Source: Vicugna vicugna
Taxonomy: Eukaryota
Assembly (NCBI GenBank): GCA_013265495.1
Contig: MU058824.1
Coordinates: 248,001 to 312,000 of the forward strand
Direction of reading: 5' to 3'
DNA: 64,000 bases
Shown: positions 39,480 through 52,589 of the stretch, in pieces
Layout of the letters: each line of letters opens with the position of its first letter
Position numbering within the stretch: the stretch's first letter is position 1
Program-made: the position numbers and the translations under genes
The notes under the pieces: model-generated
Seen by the model: the letters and a program-made list of their open reading frames with translations, nothing else
The model's database searches: none
Told to the model about the DNA's origin: nothing

Positions 39480-40330
39480 TACATCAGCGTCATTATCTGT
39501 AGCTGATTAACTACTCCTGGTGGGCCTAGGGGGTGCTGCAGAGAGCAGCGGCCCCGCGCCCGACCTCACAGTACACCAAAAGGGACATAACCTTCTTCCC
39601 CAGGGCTAGAAGCTCCTTGCAGCGCTTGGTGCAGTCCCTCCCTCCTGCCCTAAAGGCTGATTCCTACATAATTCTTCCCTTCTTTTCCTGGAGCCTGACA
39701 AACCACGGCGTCCCTTTACTAGAGCATGTAGCACATTTCCGAAAAGCCAACTGTAGAGAAAAAGGAGAGTTCCGGGACAACACGGCCCCACGGCTCAGCC
39801 CCCGCTCACCCCCGCTCCGCGGGCAGAGCACGGAGCTGGCTGCGCCGTCGGAGCTCGGCTTTCAGCGGGCACGGCTCCCGCGGTATCGAGGCTCGTATGG
39901 AGACCGAGTCTTGGTCTGGTGGTCCTCGTGGCCAGTCACAGCCTCTGTTCTCCCCTTCTCAAGGGGAACACGCACTCCTGGTTTCTTGAGAAGACAGAGA
40001 CATGCAGTCCTGTGGTCCAGCCCCTCCTTGCTAACTCACCTCGGCGCGCGCTGGAGGGCTACCGACAGGAAGCGGCAACTGCCACAGCAACTTTCCAGCC
40101 CAGCCTAGCTCGCCCAGGCTCCGGCCTCAATCTTTAAAATAGTCAAGACTTGACTGGTAATAAAACGAAGAGCTTCATTTCCTCTGGGCCCCAGGTTCAG
40201 TCTGCCTGGCCCACCCTGCGCGTGGTCCGGCCGGCCTGCCTCCCTCCGGGACGCATCTCCTGGAACGCGGCCTGCGTTTATGGGCGCTCGTGTGCCAGAC
40301 CCTGCTCCCGACCCCAGCCCTCGGGGCTCC
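39480..40330. promoter_or_regulatory. Intronic CpG-rich island
   Basis: Visibly dense CpG (ccccgctccgcgggcag, gctgcgccgtcggagctcgg, ctcggcgcgcgctgg) against a CpG-depleted background; density not computed. Confidence 0.55.
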
Positions 40331-40894
40331 TGAGGTTTGGTGTCACACACCACACACAGTCCCGGGATAGCACTTTGGGCTCCTCTACTTCAAATGGCAG
40401 ATGTATATGTGGCTATAGCAGAATCAATAAAAGGGTTTTTTACCCTCGCCAGACCCGGGACATTCCACCATGTTCAGCTTCCCAGAAGCCCTGTGGGCGT
40501 TGGTGTCCCAGGTCGCAGAATTGCACAGTGGGGCAGCCCGAGGGGGCCTGTGTAATTGCCTCCCCAGGTGGGCCCTCGGCTATGAGCCCACTGTCTGTGG
40601 GGGGGTGACTGAAGGCTCATTTGCTGCTATGGACACACTTACTGACAGGACCTGTCACCTACTGACTCTTCAAAGGAGGCAAAGGACAGTCTAACAGGGA
40701 AGGCATTTCAGCTGGGGAGCAGCTGTGGGGCCTCACATGGCAAACCTCGCTGGCTTGTTTGGATCCGAGGTTTCAGCTGAAATACTTAACAGAAGTTCCC
40801 CATGGATGGTAGCCAGTGCATGCCCTGGCGGAATGCCCCAAGGAGAGGGAACAAGGACCATTCCCGTCTGTGGCTTCAGGGGCACACTGTCTGA

Positions 40895-41100
40895 GCTGAA
40901 AGCCCGCTCTGGCGGGTACCAGCTCTGTAACCTGGGCAGGAGATTAACCTCTCCGCGCTTCAGTTTCCTCCTCTGTGGAATGGGGATAATAAGAACAGTA
41001 TCCACCTCACAGGGCTATTGTGTGGATTAGAGTTAACACGTGTAACTCCACTTAGCACAGTGCCTGGCACCAAGGCCCAGCGAATGCCAACTGCTAGCAT
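40895..41100 (+). mobile_element. MIR SINE
   Basis: tgtaacctgggcagg...ttaacctctccgcgcttcagtttcctcctctgtggaatggggataata...cttagcacagtgcctggcac. Confidence 0.8.
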
Positions 41101-42433
41101 TAACAACAGTAGTAACACCACCATCCCCCGTAACATTACCTTGATGTGTGTGAGCCCCTCCAGGCAGCCTGTTCCGAGGTGAGGGGTACGTGATTGGCCT
41201 CCGCCTCCATTATTTTGACCACAGCAAACACTGCCTTTACTGAAAACGTCAGGGAAAGACCCCTGGACTTGAGCCAGAGTTTCAAGGGCTGAATCTGACC
41301 ACTTTTCCTCTCTGAGACCATCTGCTTGTCTGAAAAACGGGACGCTAATCCCTATCATGATGGCCTCCTGGCGTGGTTGGAGAGCAAAGGGGATCTGGCA
41401 CGAGTGCCTCTGTGAACGGCCACGAGCTTGAACAGACCCGAGGACGCATTATGGCCGTGCAAGCGTGGGGCAGATGCCCGGCTCTGGGTTAGGGTCTTTG
41501 GCACGACAGTCCCCAAGGCCTCCCACTGGACCTCAAAAGACGCTCTCCTCTCTCTCTGCCAAACCATCAGCATCTCTCCAGCCCTTTCATCTCCTGAAAG
41601 GCGCCTTGATACGCGGTGCACCTGTACTCACAGTGCTTCGCTGGCTTTGTTCCCCCATCAAACGTCCTCTCTCTGGAGATGGAGGCCATGTGACTCCCAT
41701 CTGTCAGCGATGGGTCCAGCCCTCCCCTGGGCATGGTCATCATTGAAAGGCCTGATCTGGATTTAGGCCCTAGTGGGGCCTGCAGTGTGGAGATTGTGAG
41801 ATATGTGGAAACTTGCAGCAGAGGACTTCTCCAATCTGCCCGTAATTACACTCAGGTGGTATTCATCCTGGTATTTTAGGATGCCTCCACCACCACTCTC
41901 ACATTCTGAGCTCGGCTGATGCTCACGCAGGTTTTTGTAATAAATTTCAGTCACTCAATCCACTGTATCTATGCCTGGGTAGTTAAGAAGGAAAGTAAAA
42001 TATCTCACATATACAGCGCTTTAGAATTCACAAAGTACACATAATCTTATTCTAGCAACTTGTCTTATAAACAGGACAGGTGTGGCAACTGTTAAATCCC
42101 ATTCTATAGAGGAGGAAACTGAGGGTCAGGGAGGCCAAATGACTTGCTCAAGGTCAGGTACCATGTTAGAGCTTCACCTGAAACTCAGGCTTCCTGGTTT
42201 TTCATTTATACTGGGCAATCCTGGGTGCTTTCCTACCTTTCTGGACAAAAAACACCTCCCAGCTTACTCAATATAAATGACTAAGATCTACACACGTGTG
42301 ACTCTCACGGGCAGGCTCAATGTCACGCCAGCACATGGAATTTACTAGAAGGTATCACAGAGCACGGGGGTATCACATCGTGGGGATCTGGACAGCCACA
42401 TGCCAAAGCTGCTGCGGCTTCCCAGCTTCCTAC

Positions 42434-43151
42434 CTTCTCCAGGCCCGCTGGATGACCGCCGCCGCCTTGTTCTTTTTGCGGAACAGCTCTTTCCTGTTTC
42501 TTTCTCTCTGGATTATCTGCAGGCGCAGCTCTACGGGGAGAAGGTCGATACTCACACTCTGCCCAGAGAGGGCGCCAGGCGCCAGATCAGTCTCCGTAGA
42601 TGGCTGAGCGTCCTCAGACGGGACGGATGTCCTCGACTTCCTGACTCCTGACCTCAACACCTCTGTCCTCTGTGGCAAATCTGAGTAGGTCCCTCCTGCC
42701 AGCTTGTCCTGCGTCACTGTATTTCTTGGTGTCCGGGGGTGGAGAGGACTCTGCCCAGCATGGACCGCCTCCCCCTTGGCACTGCCGGGCCGGCTGGACC
42801 CAGCCGGGGAGCGCCTTCCTCCTCTGAGCTCCTGGAGGCGCCTTTTCTGGGAGGCGCATCTGGCCTTGGACGCTGCGTCTGGCGGCTGGCTGAGCTTCCA
42901 GGGGCCATCCTGCCGCGGGAGGCCTGCTGCTGCCCGGCTGGGGTCCTCTCCTTCCTCCTCAGGCCCAGCCACCCTGACACAGGAGGTTTGCTTCAAGGAG
43001 CCTTTCCCCTTGTCGCACTGCTGCTCGCCAGCCGTCTCACCTCTGGACTTCTCGACAGAGGAGACTCCAGGACGCCGGCTTCCGTCATTGCCTTGACTGG
43101 GGCTGAAGTGGACACAGGCAGGTCGGCCTTTAGAATGTTCTCTGGATATTT
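42434..43151 (-). CDS. INVS: INVS large coding exon (probably exon 14), 718 nt; disordered basic region, D-box-like RKELFRKKN and start of IQ2
   Basis: On -: ctcttcaag|AA ATA...TGG AGA AG|gtagga; within ORF 42430..43164, EISREHSKG...IDLLPVELRLQIIQRERNRKELFRKKNKAAAVIQRAWR. Confidence 0.95.
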
Positions 43152-45029
43152 CTTGAAGAGACAAGGAAAAGGGGAAGAATCTTTACTCTTCAAAACTTGC
43201 ACAGTAGGGCAGCTTTGCTCCCTTGTTCACATAAAATATTCAGACTTGGCCTCTTACATCACCACCATAGTGCTGATTAGGACAAAATTGTTTAACGTCT
43301 ATTTCTAGCAATGGTACATTAGATAACCTGAAAGACTTCCCCTACAAGCACCTAGAAATGCTGCCTAAAATATAATAAATATTGCTTTAAAAGCACCATA
43401 GTGCCTTCAAGAAAATAAAGAAAATTCCTGGGAGCCAAAAACAAAGATGTTGGTCTTATTAAGTAACTGGTATGTTTTAACATCTGGATAAGAACAGAAA
43501 GGCAGAAAGTTAATTGAAACCAAGACCCTGCATGAAGCCATGACTGCTGAGGTGTTAGACCCCTGGGAAATGACAGTTCAGATTAAAAATCTGCTTCCCA
43601 GCGCTAGGAGATGACAAAGAAGTTTGTCTCAACCTAGGTTCTTGATCGGGTCAAGAGTCTCCCATGGGAATTTGAAACCAAAGTCCTGTGTCTCATGTGG
43701 GTTTGGTTATTCATTTATTTATAACCCATAGGAAAAATTAATATTAAAAACTAGTCTCAGGATGGTGGTATTGCAGGATGCCTCACAGAAGCAAACACAG
43801 CATTGCTTTAGGGCGGCATGCCCTCAACGCAGGCTGCACAGAGGGGACCTTCTGAAAATGACTTCACAATCCAAAATGACAAAATGCACAAGGAAACAAT
43901 CTACCGTGAGGGATAGATAACAGAGCAAATAGCAAGATTAGATCAACAAAACCTTCAGCTAATAGAACAATGTGCATGCCCCACCCCTACTGACTGAACA
44001 CACAAAAGAAACTAAAAATTTGAGAAAAGAATATGTATATATTTAAAAAATAACTACATACAACATCTGAAATTAAAATTTTTGTCTCAGTGTTAATAAT
44101 AACAAAGAAACTTCTGCTTCTGTAACGGCAGAGTTGAAGCATACTCACCACCGAGGACAGCAGAAAAGTTGAAAAAAATATTACAAACCACCTGTCTGAA
44201 GGCGTCAAGGAGCTAACAAAGCAGAAAAAAATGGGGCCAAGATCCAAGAGAATCAGGTAACCAAGATACAAGCAAGGCCATACCCCTAGGGAAGTAAGCC
44301 CCTCCAGGTTTGGAGGACAAAACTTGGAGTCCAGATCCTGCCAAGAAACACTATTTTGGACTGTGACCCTGGAAGGTTATGTCTTAGGAGAAAAGGTGGA
44401 CTGGTGGTAGACTGATGCTCACAGAGACTGAAGCCCAGCTTTGCATCCTCTCAGTTCTGGAAACTGGGTTAAGGTGACCTTGGATTGCTTATGCTCCTAA
44501 ATGTCTGACAGAGGCCAATGTCAATCTGCCCTGGAGGAATTAATATCATCCCGGCCTTCAAGTTATTTCTCTAATTTTGTATATTCAGTGGTCCAGTACT
44601 CAATGGAAAGTATACAGGCTGATGAGGAGACAAGACAATATTCAGAGAAAGAGAGAGAATAGACAATGAAACAGACACACAGGTTATCCAGATAATGTGT
44701 TCTCAGAAACAGACTTTAAAATAACTATTCTTAAGTACCAAGAGTATTCAAACTATGCCACTACTCACGTAAGAACAACAGGAATATGAGAAGATATATT
44801 TGTATCTGCTCATTTCTACAAAAGAAATATAGAAAGGATAAACCAGAAACTGAAGAGACTGGATACCTACAAGGACAGAATGGGAAAGGGATAGAAAGAA
44901 GGAAACGGAAACTGAGTAGTGAGATGAGGAGGGAGCCCCACGTCTCTGAGTAAACTTTTCTGTAGAGCTCTGACTTTTAGAACCATTACAACGTTTCACA
45001 TACACAAAGATGAAATGACACAAAACCCA

Positions 45030-46565
45030 ATTAATTAAAACAACAATGAGATACCACTAAACATCGACTAGAATGGTGAAAATCAAAACCACTGACAACA
45101 AATGCTGATGAGGGTGAGAAGCAACAGGCACGCTCACTGACTGCTGGTGGAGTGAAAAATGGGACAGCCGCTTTGGAAGACTGTTTGAAAGCTTCTTACA
45201 CAACTGAACATACTCTTACCTGGATTCTACAGTCCAGCAATCCTGGTGTTTCCCAAATGAATGAAAACCTTATGCCCACCCAACATCCTGCACATGGATG
45301 TTTACAGTAGCTTTATTCATAACTGCCCGAACTTGAAGCAACCAAGATGGCCTTCAGTAGGTGAACAGATAAATTAATTGCAGTTTACCCAGAAAAGGCA
45401 ATTATTATTCAGCAATAAAAAGAAATGAACTAAAAGGAAATGAGCTAAAAATGAAAAGTGTACTAAAAAGAAAGGAGCTGCAAAGCCATGTAGAATATTA
45501 TTAAGTGAAATATTACTTTACTTGCATGAATACTAATAATGCATATTACTAAGTGAAGGAAGGCATCCTGAAAAGGCCATATACTGTATGACTCCAACAG
45601 TATGACATTCTGGAAAAAGGCAAAACTATGGAGACACTAAATGGATCAATGGTCCCCAGCGGTTCGGGAAAGAGAGTGATGCATAGGCAGAGCACACAGA
45701 ATTTTTAGGGCAGTGTGATGGTTAATTTTATGTGTCAACTTGACTCGTATAAGGGATGCCCGGATAGCTGGTAAGACCTTATTTCTGGCTGTGTCTGTGA
45801 GGGTGTCTCAGAAGAGATTAGCACCTGAATTGCAGTCTGAGTAGAGAAGATTATCCTCACTGAGGCAGGTGGGCACCATCCTATCTGTTCAAGGCCTAAA
45901 TAGACAAAAACGTGGAGGAAAGGCGAATTTGCTTTCTTTCTGGAGCTGGGACATCTATTTTCTCCTGACCTTAAGTGTTCCTGTTTATCAGGCTTTTAAA
46001 CTTGGACCAGGACTTATTCTATCAGCCCCCTGATTTTTGAACCTTTGGACACACATTCAGAACATCTGCTCCCCTGTTCTCAAGCCTTTCAGATTCGCTG
46101 AATCACATCACTGGCTTTGCTGGTTCTTCAGTCTGCAGGTGGCAAACCGTAGGACTTCTCAGCTGCACAATCAAGTGGGCAAATTTGTATAACAAACCTC
46201 TTTTATGTCTGTCTATCTACCTATTTAATTGGTTCTGTTTCTCTGGAGACCTCTAATATAGGCAGTGAAACTATTCCGTATACAATGTTGGATACAAGCC
46301 ACTATACACTTGTGAAATCGTACAGAATGTACAATGACAGGCATGAACCCTGATGTAAACTATGGACTTGGGGAACAACGATGCGTCAATGTAGGCTCGT
46401 CAGCTGTAGCAAACAGACCACTCCGGTGCAGGACCTTGCTGTTGGGGGGGTGTACGTGCATGTGTAGGCAGGAGTATTTGGGAACTCTCTGTCCTTTCTG
46501 CTTAATTTTGCTGTGAACCTAAAACTGCTCTAAAAAGTAAACTCTATAAAAAGGAAAAGAAAAAA
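45030..46565 (+). mobile_element. L1MC/MD-like 3' end, interrupted by an MLT2 LTR
   Basis: aacaacaatgagataccacta...tgctggtggagtgaaaaatgggacagcc...tgtgaacctaaaactgctctaaaaagtaaa. Confidence 0.8.
45714..46260. mobile_element. MLT2-family (ERVL) solo LTR with 5-bp TSD
   Basis: Termini tgtgatggttaattttatgtgtcaacttgact and ggttctgtttctctggagacctctaata; TSD ggcag at 45709-45713 and 46261-46265. Confidence 0.88.
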
Positions 46566-47639
46566 TAAAAATAATGGAGAGACTGCTGGATATTATTAGA
46601 TACTAACTAGTAATAATAAAAATAATGTGATTTGACTATTAGTATAGATAGATCAATAAGAAAGAATAGAAAGCTAAAAATATTCCCACATATGAAAATA
46701 AGTAATAAAGATGGCATTTTGAATTTGTGGTGAGGAGACGAGGTGCTCACAGGCCCTGGGGACAACCCCAGAGAGGGATGCTGTGCTCCTCCAGAGCTGG
46801 TATCCACAGAGTCCACTGCCAGTGTGGCAGCTCTGGACTATTGCATGTTTATGGCTAGAACAACTGCTTATTCTCTAAAAAGAAATCATTCAATCCCAAC
46901 CTCGTATATGTATTACAATATGTATACAGTATGTACACATATACAGATCCCAACCTATAAAACAAATCAAATACAAGATAGTAAAAATTAGAAAATACAT
47001 GTGTTTATTAAATCTTAGAGTGGGAAAAACCTTTTCCCAGCGTAAAACCACAAAGAGAAAAATCTCAAAGAAAAAATGAAGCAGAACTAGAAGATAAATA
47101 AAAAAGTTCATTCTATGTGACAGATAAAGGTTACTATCCTTGTTATAGAAAAGAGCTTTTAGAAATATTAAGAAAATGAAAAACCAATATAAAAATTGAC
47201 AGAGGACATCAGTGAATAAGCCAGAAAATAAATACACAAAGCCAATAAAATATGATAAAATCCCATCCTACTAACTAGGATTTGATAAAACAATTATTTG
47301 CCTAAATGTCTGGAGAGAGTTTTTTGGTTTTTGCTTTTAGAAGGGTGAGAAAGGCTTCTGCAGCCTTCCTGGAATGAAATTTGGCAGCATGTTTAAAGAG
47401 ATTTACACAAAAATTCATATGAAAAGCTATTTAGCTTGAATGTCCTATAACACAGGCATGATTAAACAAATCATGCTCTATTCATAATCTGATATAATAC
47501 TAAGTAGCTACTAATATTTTTGTTGAAAACAAAGAAATGATGTAAGAAGATCTCAAAACAGGATGCCCACAATTTTCTGAATTAAAAAAAAAATTCTAGT
47601 AGAAGGATTTGTACAATTGTGTATTTGAAAATTAAGGAG

Positions 47640-48457
47640 ACACCAGTCAGAATGGCCATCATTACAAAGTCCACAAATAACAAATGCTGGAGAGGGTGTG
47701 GAGAAAAGGGAACCCTCCTACAATGTTGGTGGAAATGTAGTTTGGTGCAGCTGTTATGGAAAACAGTATGGAGATTACTCAAAAAATTAAAAATAGACTT
47801 ACCATATGATCCAGCAATCCCATTCCTGTGCATATATCCAGATGGAACTTTAATTCAAAAAGATACATGCACCCCAATGTTCATAGCAGCACTATATACA
47901 ACAGCCAAGACATGGAAGCAACCTAAATGTCCATCGACAGATGACTGGATAAAGAAGTTGTGGTATATTTATACAATGGGATACTACTCAGCCATAAAAA
48001 AGAATAAAATGCCATTTGCAGCAAAATGGATGGACCTGGAAATTGTCATTCTAAGTGAAGTAAGCTGGAAGAAGAAAAATACCATATGATATCACTTATG
48101 TGTGGAATCTAAAAAAAAAGGCAAATGAACTTATTTACAAAACAGAAACAGACTCACAGACACAGAAAACCGACTTGTGGTTACCAGTCAGGGGAAGGGG
48201 GTGGGAAGGGATAAATTGGGAGTTCAAGATTTGCAGATACTAACCACTGTATATAAAACAGATAAACAGCAAGTATATACTGTATAGCACAGGGAACTAT
48301 ATTCAGTATCTTGTAGTAATTATAATGAAAAAGAATATGAAAACAAATACAAGTATGTATATGTATGAATTAACTATTAATTGCTGTACAACAGGAATTG
48401 ACACAACATTGTAAACTAACTACATGTCAATAAAAAAATAAAAATAAATTTAAAAAA
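47640..48457 (+). mobile_element. Young 5'-truncated L1 (ORF2 C-terminus, 3' UTR, poly(A)) with 13-bp TSD
   Basis: About 150 open codons [27 protein letters not shown]...MPFAAKWMDLEIVILSEVS; TSD gaaaattaaggag at 47627-47639 and 48458-48470. Confidence 0.93.
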
Positions 48458-49640
48458 GAAAATTAAGGAGGATTTTTATTTTCTTTTTTGTTCTTTTCTC
48501 TGATTTTGATTTTTAGTGATGTACATTAAATAATTTTATAATTAGGAGAAAAATGTCATCTTCTGTTTAAAAGAAAAGCAATTAGAATCAGCTAGGATGT
48601 GAGAAAGAACCTAAAATGGAATAAAAGCAACAACAAATAAACTAATTTTATTACAAACAAATCAGGTAATCTCACTACAAGGTGGAGAAGAGAACTCACC
48701 CAAGTAACTTTGTAAAACCATATTCTGGCTGAGTATTGTTAAGACCAAGGATAAAAAGAAACGTATGTAAATATTGTGCTCTGGTTGGTAAATTTGCTTC
48801 TCACAAGGGTGTGGGTTAGCAATTCTGAAACTACTCCATGTGCAGACCAGGACTGGTATTGAAGTACGCATGTATATCATAGACAATGGGAGCCAGATCT
48901 CCCCCTGCTGGAGAAAACAAGCGAGCCGGTAATAACACTAAAAGGTGATGCTCTTTATAATAGGGAAGTACAGGAAAGCACTGGGCACACAGAGCAGGGA
49001 AGCAAAGCCTCGTTTAGTGGGAAGGTATGGCTGTAGAGAGAGGAAGGAGCATGCACCCCGAGACCTGAAAAATAAGAGGCACTTTTTATCCATTTGGGTA
49101 AAGGGAATTTTATATGCAAAGGTCCCAAGCTAGAAAAGATCCTGAGGAAATATAATGTGGCTGTCACATCATGAGAGTCTAGTTAATGCCGGCTGAATGA
49201 ATAAATGAATGCATGTATAACAAAGCATTAGACCATCCTTAGGTTTACATTGCTAATGCACTGTCACTGCATAAGTGGGCTATGGGATTATATTCCAGGT
49301 ATGTTTGTGGTCATTCATGTACACTTTCATGTGGTTCTTGGCTAGACCAGCAGCTACTAACAGCAGTTACTGAAGACTTACCATGAGTCATGGGCTTTAT
49401 AGCAAGTACTCTACATTAATGATTTTATTTCTATTTATAACTGCCTAGCAAGGTAGAGGGTAAGTAAACCCCCAGCCTGTAGCTAAGGAAATTAAGGTTC
49501 AGACAGACAGACTGAATTGTCCAAGCCCTGAATTAGATTGACCATGAAATCCCATGGACTCTTTTTGGTCAAAGGTCAAAATTGTTTCCATAATAATACT
49601 AAGACATTATTTGCTTTTTTCACTGTGTTGGCATTTACAC

Positions 49641-50098
49641 TTAGATTTCTGGAGGGTTCTCACCATTCCCTAACTGATAAGAATGGCTCAATATGCTCAA
49701 TTGCTTTGTGCAAATAATACAGCTTATGCTGAGTACCTGCTTTCCTTCTGGGAGTCTGGACTTTTGGTATATGCTGGGCAGAGGGTACTTATGTGACTGA
49801 CCTTGATTAAAGTTCTGAAGTCCTACGTTTAGGTGTGCTTTCCCGGTAGACAAAGGTTGTTATAGTTCATTGCTGGAGGAAATAAGCATGGCCTATGTGA
49901 CTCCCCCGGGAGGAGACACTTAGATGCTTTCACCTGCTTTCCTCCAGACTTTGCTCCATGTGTCTTTTCCCTTTGTTGATTTTGCTTTGTATTCTTTTAT
50001 TATAATAAATCATAGCTGTGAGTACAAATGTATTCTTGGTCTTATGAGTCCTCCCAGCAACTTACTGAACCTGGGGTGGTCTTGGGCACCCTTAACAC
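49641..50098 (+). mobile_element. MER21-like LTR fragment, adjacent to a Charlie1-like piece (about 49545-49640)
   Basis: cctgctttccttctgggagtctgga...aataaatcatagctgtgagtaca...ggggtggtcttgggcacccttaacaca. Confidence 0.72.
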
Positions 50099-50109
50099 AC
50101 TAAGCAAAA

Positions 50110-51020
50110 TCCATACATGATAAACTTTAAATCTATGCCAAGACATACCCTATTAGACTAATGAAAACTAAAGACAGAGAAAAAACTCTCAAAAGCAGCC
50201 AGAGAGAAATGGCATGTTACCTAGGAACATTACCAAGGAACACCAATTTGAATGACAGTGGCTTTCACGTCTGAAACCTTGGAAGCCAGAAGGAAGTGGC
50301 GCTGTCTTCTTCAAGGGCTAAAAGGCCTGTTGCCGGTAAGTTCTACATCTGGTTTCACAATTCTTCAGGGATGAAATAAAAACATTCTCAAAGGAAAACT
50401 CAAAGTATTTGTTGCTAGCAGAACTGCCCTTAAATTTTGGCTAAGAAAGTTCTTCAAACCGAAAGGAAATGATGAAAGAAGGGATTTGGAGCACCAGGAA
50501 GGAAGATGAAACAACACAAAAACAGAAATAGGGGTACATAAACTAGACTCTCCTCTTCCCCATGAGTTTTATGTGAGAATATATTTGGTGATTTGGACAA
50601 AAATTGTAACAGCATTTGATACCCAATCAATGATATTTACAAGTGAGGAAGGTAAAGTTACCTAAATGGAAGTGAGGTTTCCACACTTCACTCAAAGTGA
50701 TAAAATGTTCATACTAGTAGACTAAGTCAACTTATATATATCATATATATCATATATAAGTATACTGTAATACTACCCATGTCATAGATATATGTATTAT
50801 AAAACTCAGAGCAACAACCACAAAAACTATAGAAAAAGATGTACTGAAAAACACTACAAATTAGTCAATATGGAATCCTGAAAGAAGTTCATGTAACCCA
50901 CAGGAAGGGAAAAAAAGAGAAACAGAGGAAATAAAGAGAAAAGAAATAATGAAATGGCAGGCTTAAGTGCTGACACGATTACCTTAAATGTAAATGGCCT
51001 AAACACATGAATCAAAAGAG
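50110..51020 (+). mobile_element. Old L1 fragment (ORF1 3' part to start of ORF2)
   Basis: aaaactaaagacagagaaaaaactctcaaaagcagccagagagaaa...gaagccagaaggaagtgg...attaccttaaatgtaaatggcctaaa. Confidence 0.72.
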
Positions 51021-51067
51021 CCCACAGTCCATGGGTAAGTATCGAACAACAAACGCAACACACCTAC

Positions 51068-51354
51068 CATTTGGCTTTCTGGGGACTGTTTTCTGCAGGT
51101 CTGGGGAAGGACGCTGCTCCTTCTGGGGGGCTCTGCTTGGAGACCCTCTGCCTGAAGACCGTCCGCAGGCTTTCCGCTCAGGGCCCTGGGCTGTGTCACT
51201 GCAGGGAGGCTGCTTGCTGGGGGCCCAGCTCTGCCCGCGGGGCTCAGCCTGGGCACTGAGCAGACAAGGAGGGGCTTGGGGTCTGCAGGCATCTGGGCTC
51301 AGCCTTCCCTTCTGCTGCTCCGCCTCTCTCCGCTTGTTTTCTTCTTCTCTCTTC
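51068..51354 (-). CDS. INVS: INVS coding exon (probably exon 13), 287 nt
   Basis: On -: ctcccag|G AAG AGA GAA...CCA AAT G|gtaggt; KREEENKRREAEQQKGRLSPDACRPQAPPCL...DLQKTVPRKPN; phases 2/1 fit both neighbours. Confidence 0.92.
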
Positions 51355-52589
51355 CTGGGAGCAACACCAAGGGGGAACAGGAAAAAATTCTGTTACCTGT
51401 TCAAGTGTTCCTCAGTGGGATTTAAATTTTAAAAGGAGCTACTACAATACAGGGGGGATTTGGAAATTTGCAGTTTCCACAATTTCACAATTTCCTGTCT
51501 TTTACCCATGTCTTATAGCCCAAAAAATGATGGAGCTGGAAAGAATCCTACAGATCAACCTGTGCCCGGCTGAGACACGTCAGATAATCACAGAACTTTT
51601 TGGGGAGACAACACAATCCCAAGGTGTGTGTGCCCCAAGATTGTGTGTGATCCCTGGGACTACCTGTTGCTACACCCTTTTCTCTCCTATTCCAGAAAGC
51701 ACATCAGGATGTAATAGAGAATAAAAGTCATACGATAACCTTGAATCTTCTCTATTTATTAAAAAGACTACTGGCAAACCTTCATGATTATATGAAAAAA
51801 TTACAAAGCACCTCCCAACTGCTTATAACACACCTGTAGCTGTAATACTGCCAGCAAGAGCTCTAGCTAATGGGTCAAACCCACTCATCTTGCAGATGAG
51901 GTACAGAAGGTAGGATGATTTTCAAAAAGTCATACACAAGTAGCTGGTGGCTAAGCTGAAACCTTTGGGTAGCAACAGAATAGTAGAGCGCTGGCCAGGG
52001 GATGCCAGGACTAGAAATGAGTGGTGGTTGATACAGATGGGTCCAAGGTGGCCCAGGTCCAGAAATGGGCGTGGTGCTTGAGGACAAAGGGGCTAAGTTA
52101 AGGAAAGGATCTGCTTGACTGATGCCATTAATCTGTAGGGATTGCCAAGGGTAAAAAAAGGGAAAAAAACTAACATTTTCTAAGCCTCTCCTGTGCTGGG
52201 CACTGATGATATAGTAATGAGGACCAGAGAACTCAGCCCTCCCTTGAAGAACCTTCTATCCAGAGGGGGACAACTAGGACAACAAAGACCTAACATATAG
52301 TGGAAGAAATATTATAATAGTGTGCTTGCACAGAGGAATTAGTGATTAATTTTGTGGAGGAATCTGGAAGAAAGTCTCAACTGTTGATTCTCAAAGATGT
52401 GTAGGAGTTTGCCAGGCAGATAGTTGGGAACGAGGATGTTAGTCCGAGGGAGTAGTTTGGGCAAAGGCAAATAATACGGAAAAACAGGCTGGTTTTGCTT
52501 CTTTTGATCTTTAAACAGTGCTTGCTATACACAGCAGCACCCAATATATTTGCTGCTCAGGAAGACAGAAAAGCCTTTAGATCTGTGAT

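Noticed and set aside
39533..40108. 191-aa ORF on + as a novel gene
   Set aside because: Starts at GTG, lies in GC-rich sequence where stops are rare, and shows no recognisable domain or clear exon structure.
42704..43308. Antisense ORFs (130 and 189 aa) over the large INVS exon
   Set aside because: Shadow frames of a GC-rich coding exon, with non-ATG or context-free starts and no independent support.
47619..48089. 156-aa ORF as a host gene
   Set aside because: It is the C-terminus of L1 ORF2p in a 5'-truncated insertion with no start or promoter of its own.
50999..51432. ORF-track proteins around the INVS exon at 51068-51354
   Set aside because: They are in the wrong frame or strand; the true frame (KREEENKRREAEQQ) is fixed by splice phase and has no start codon, so the track does not list it.
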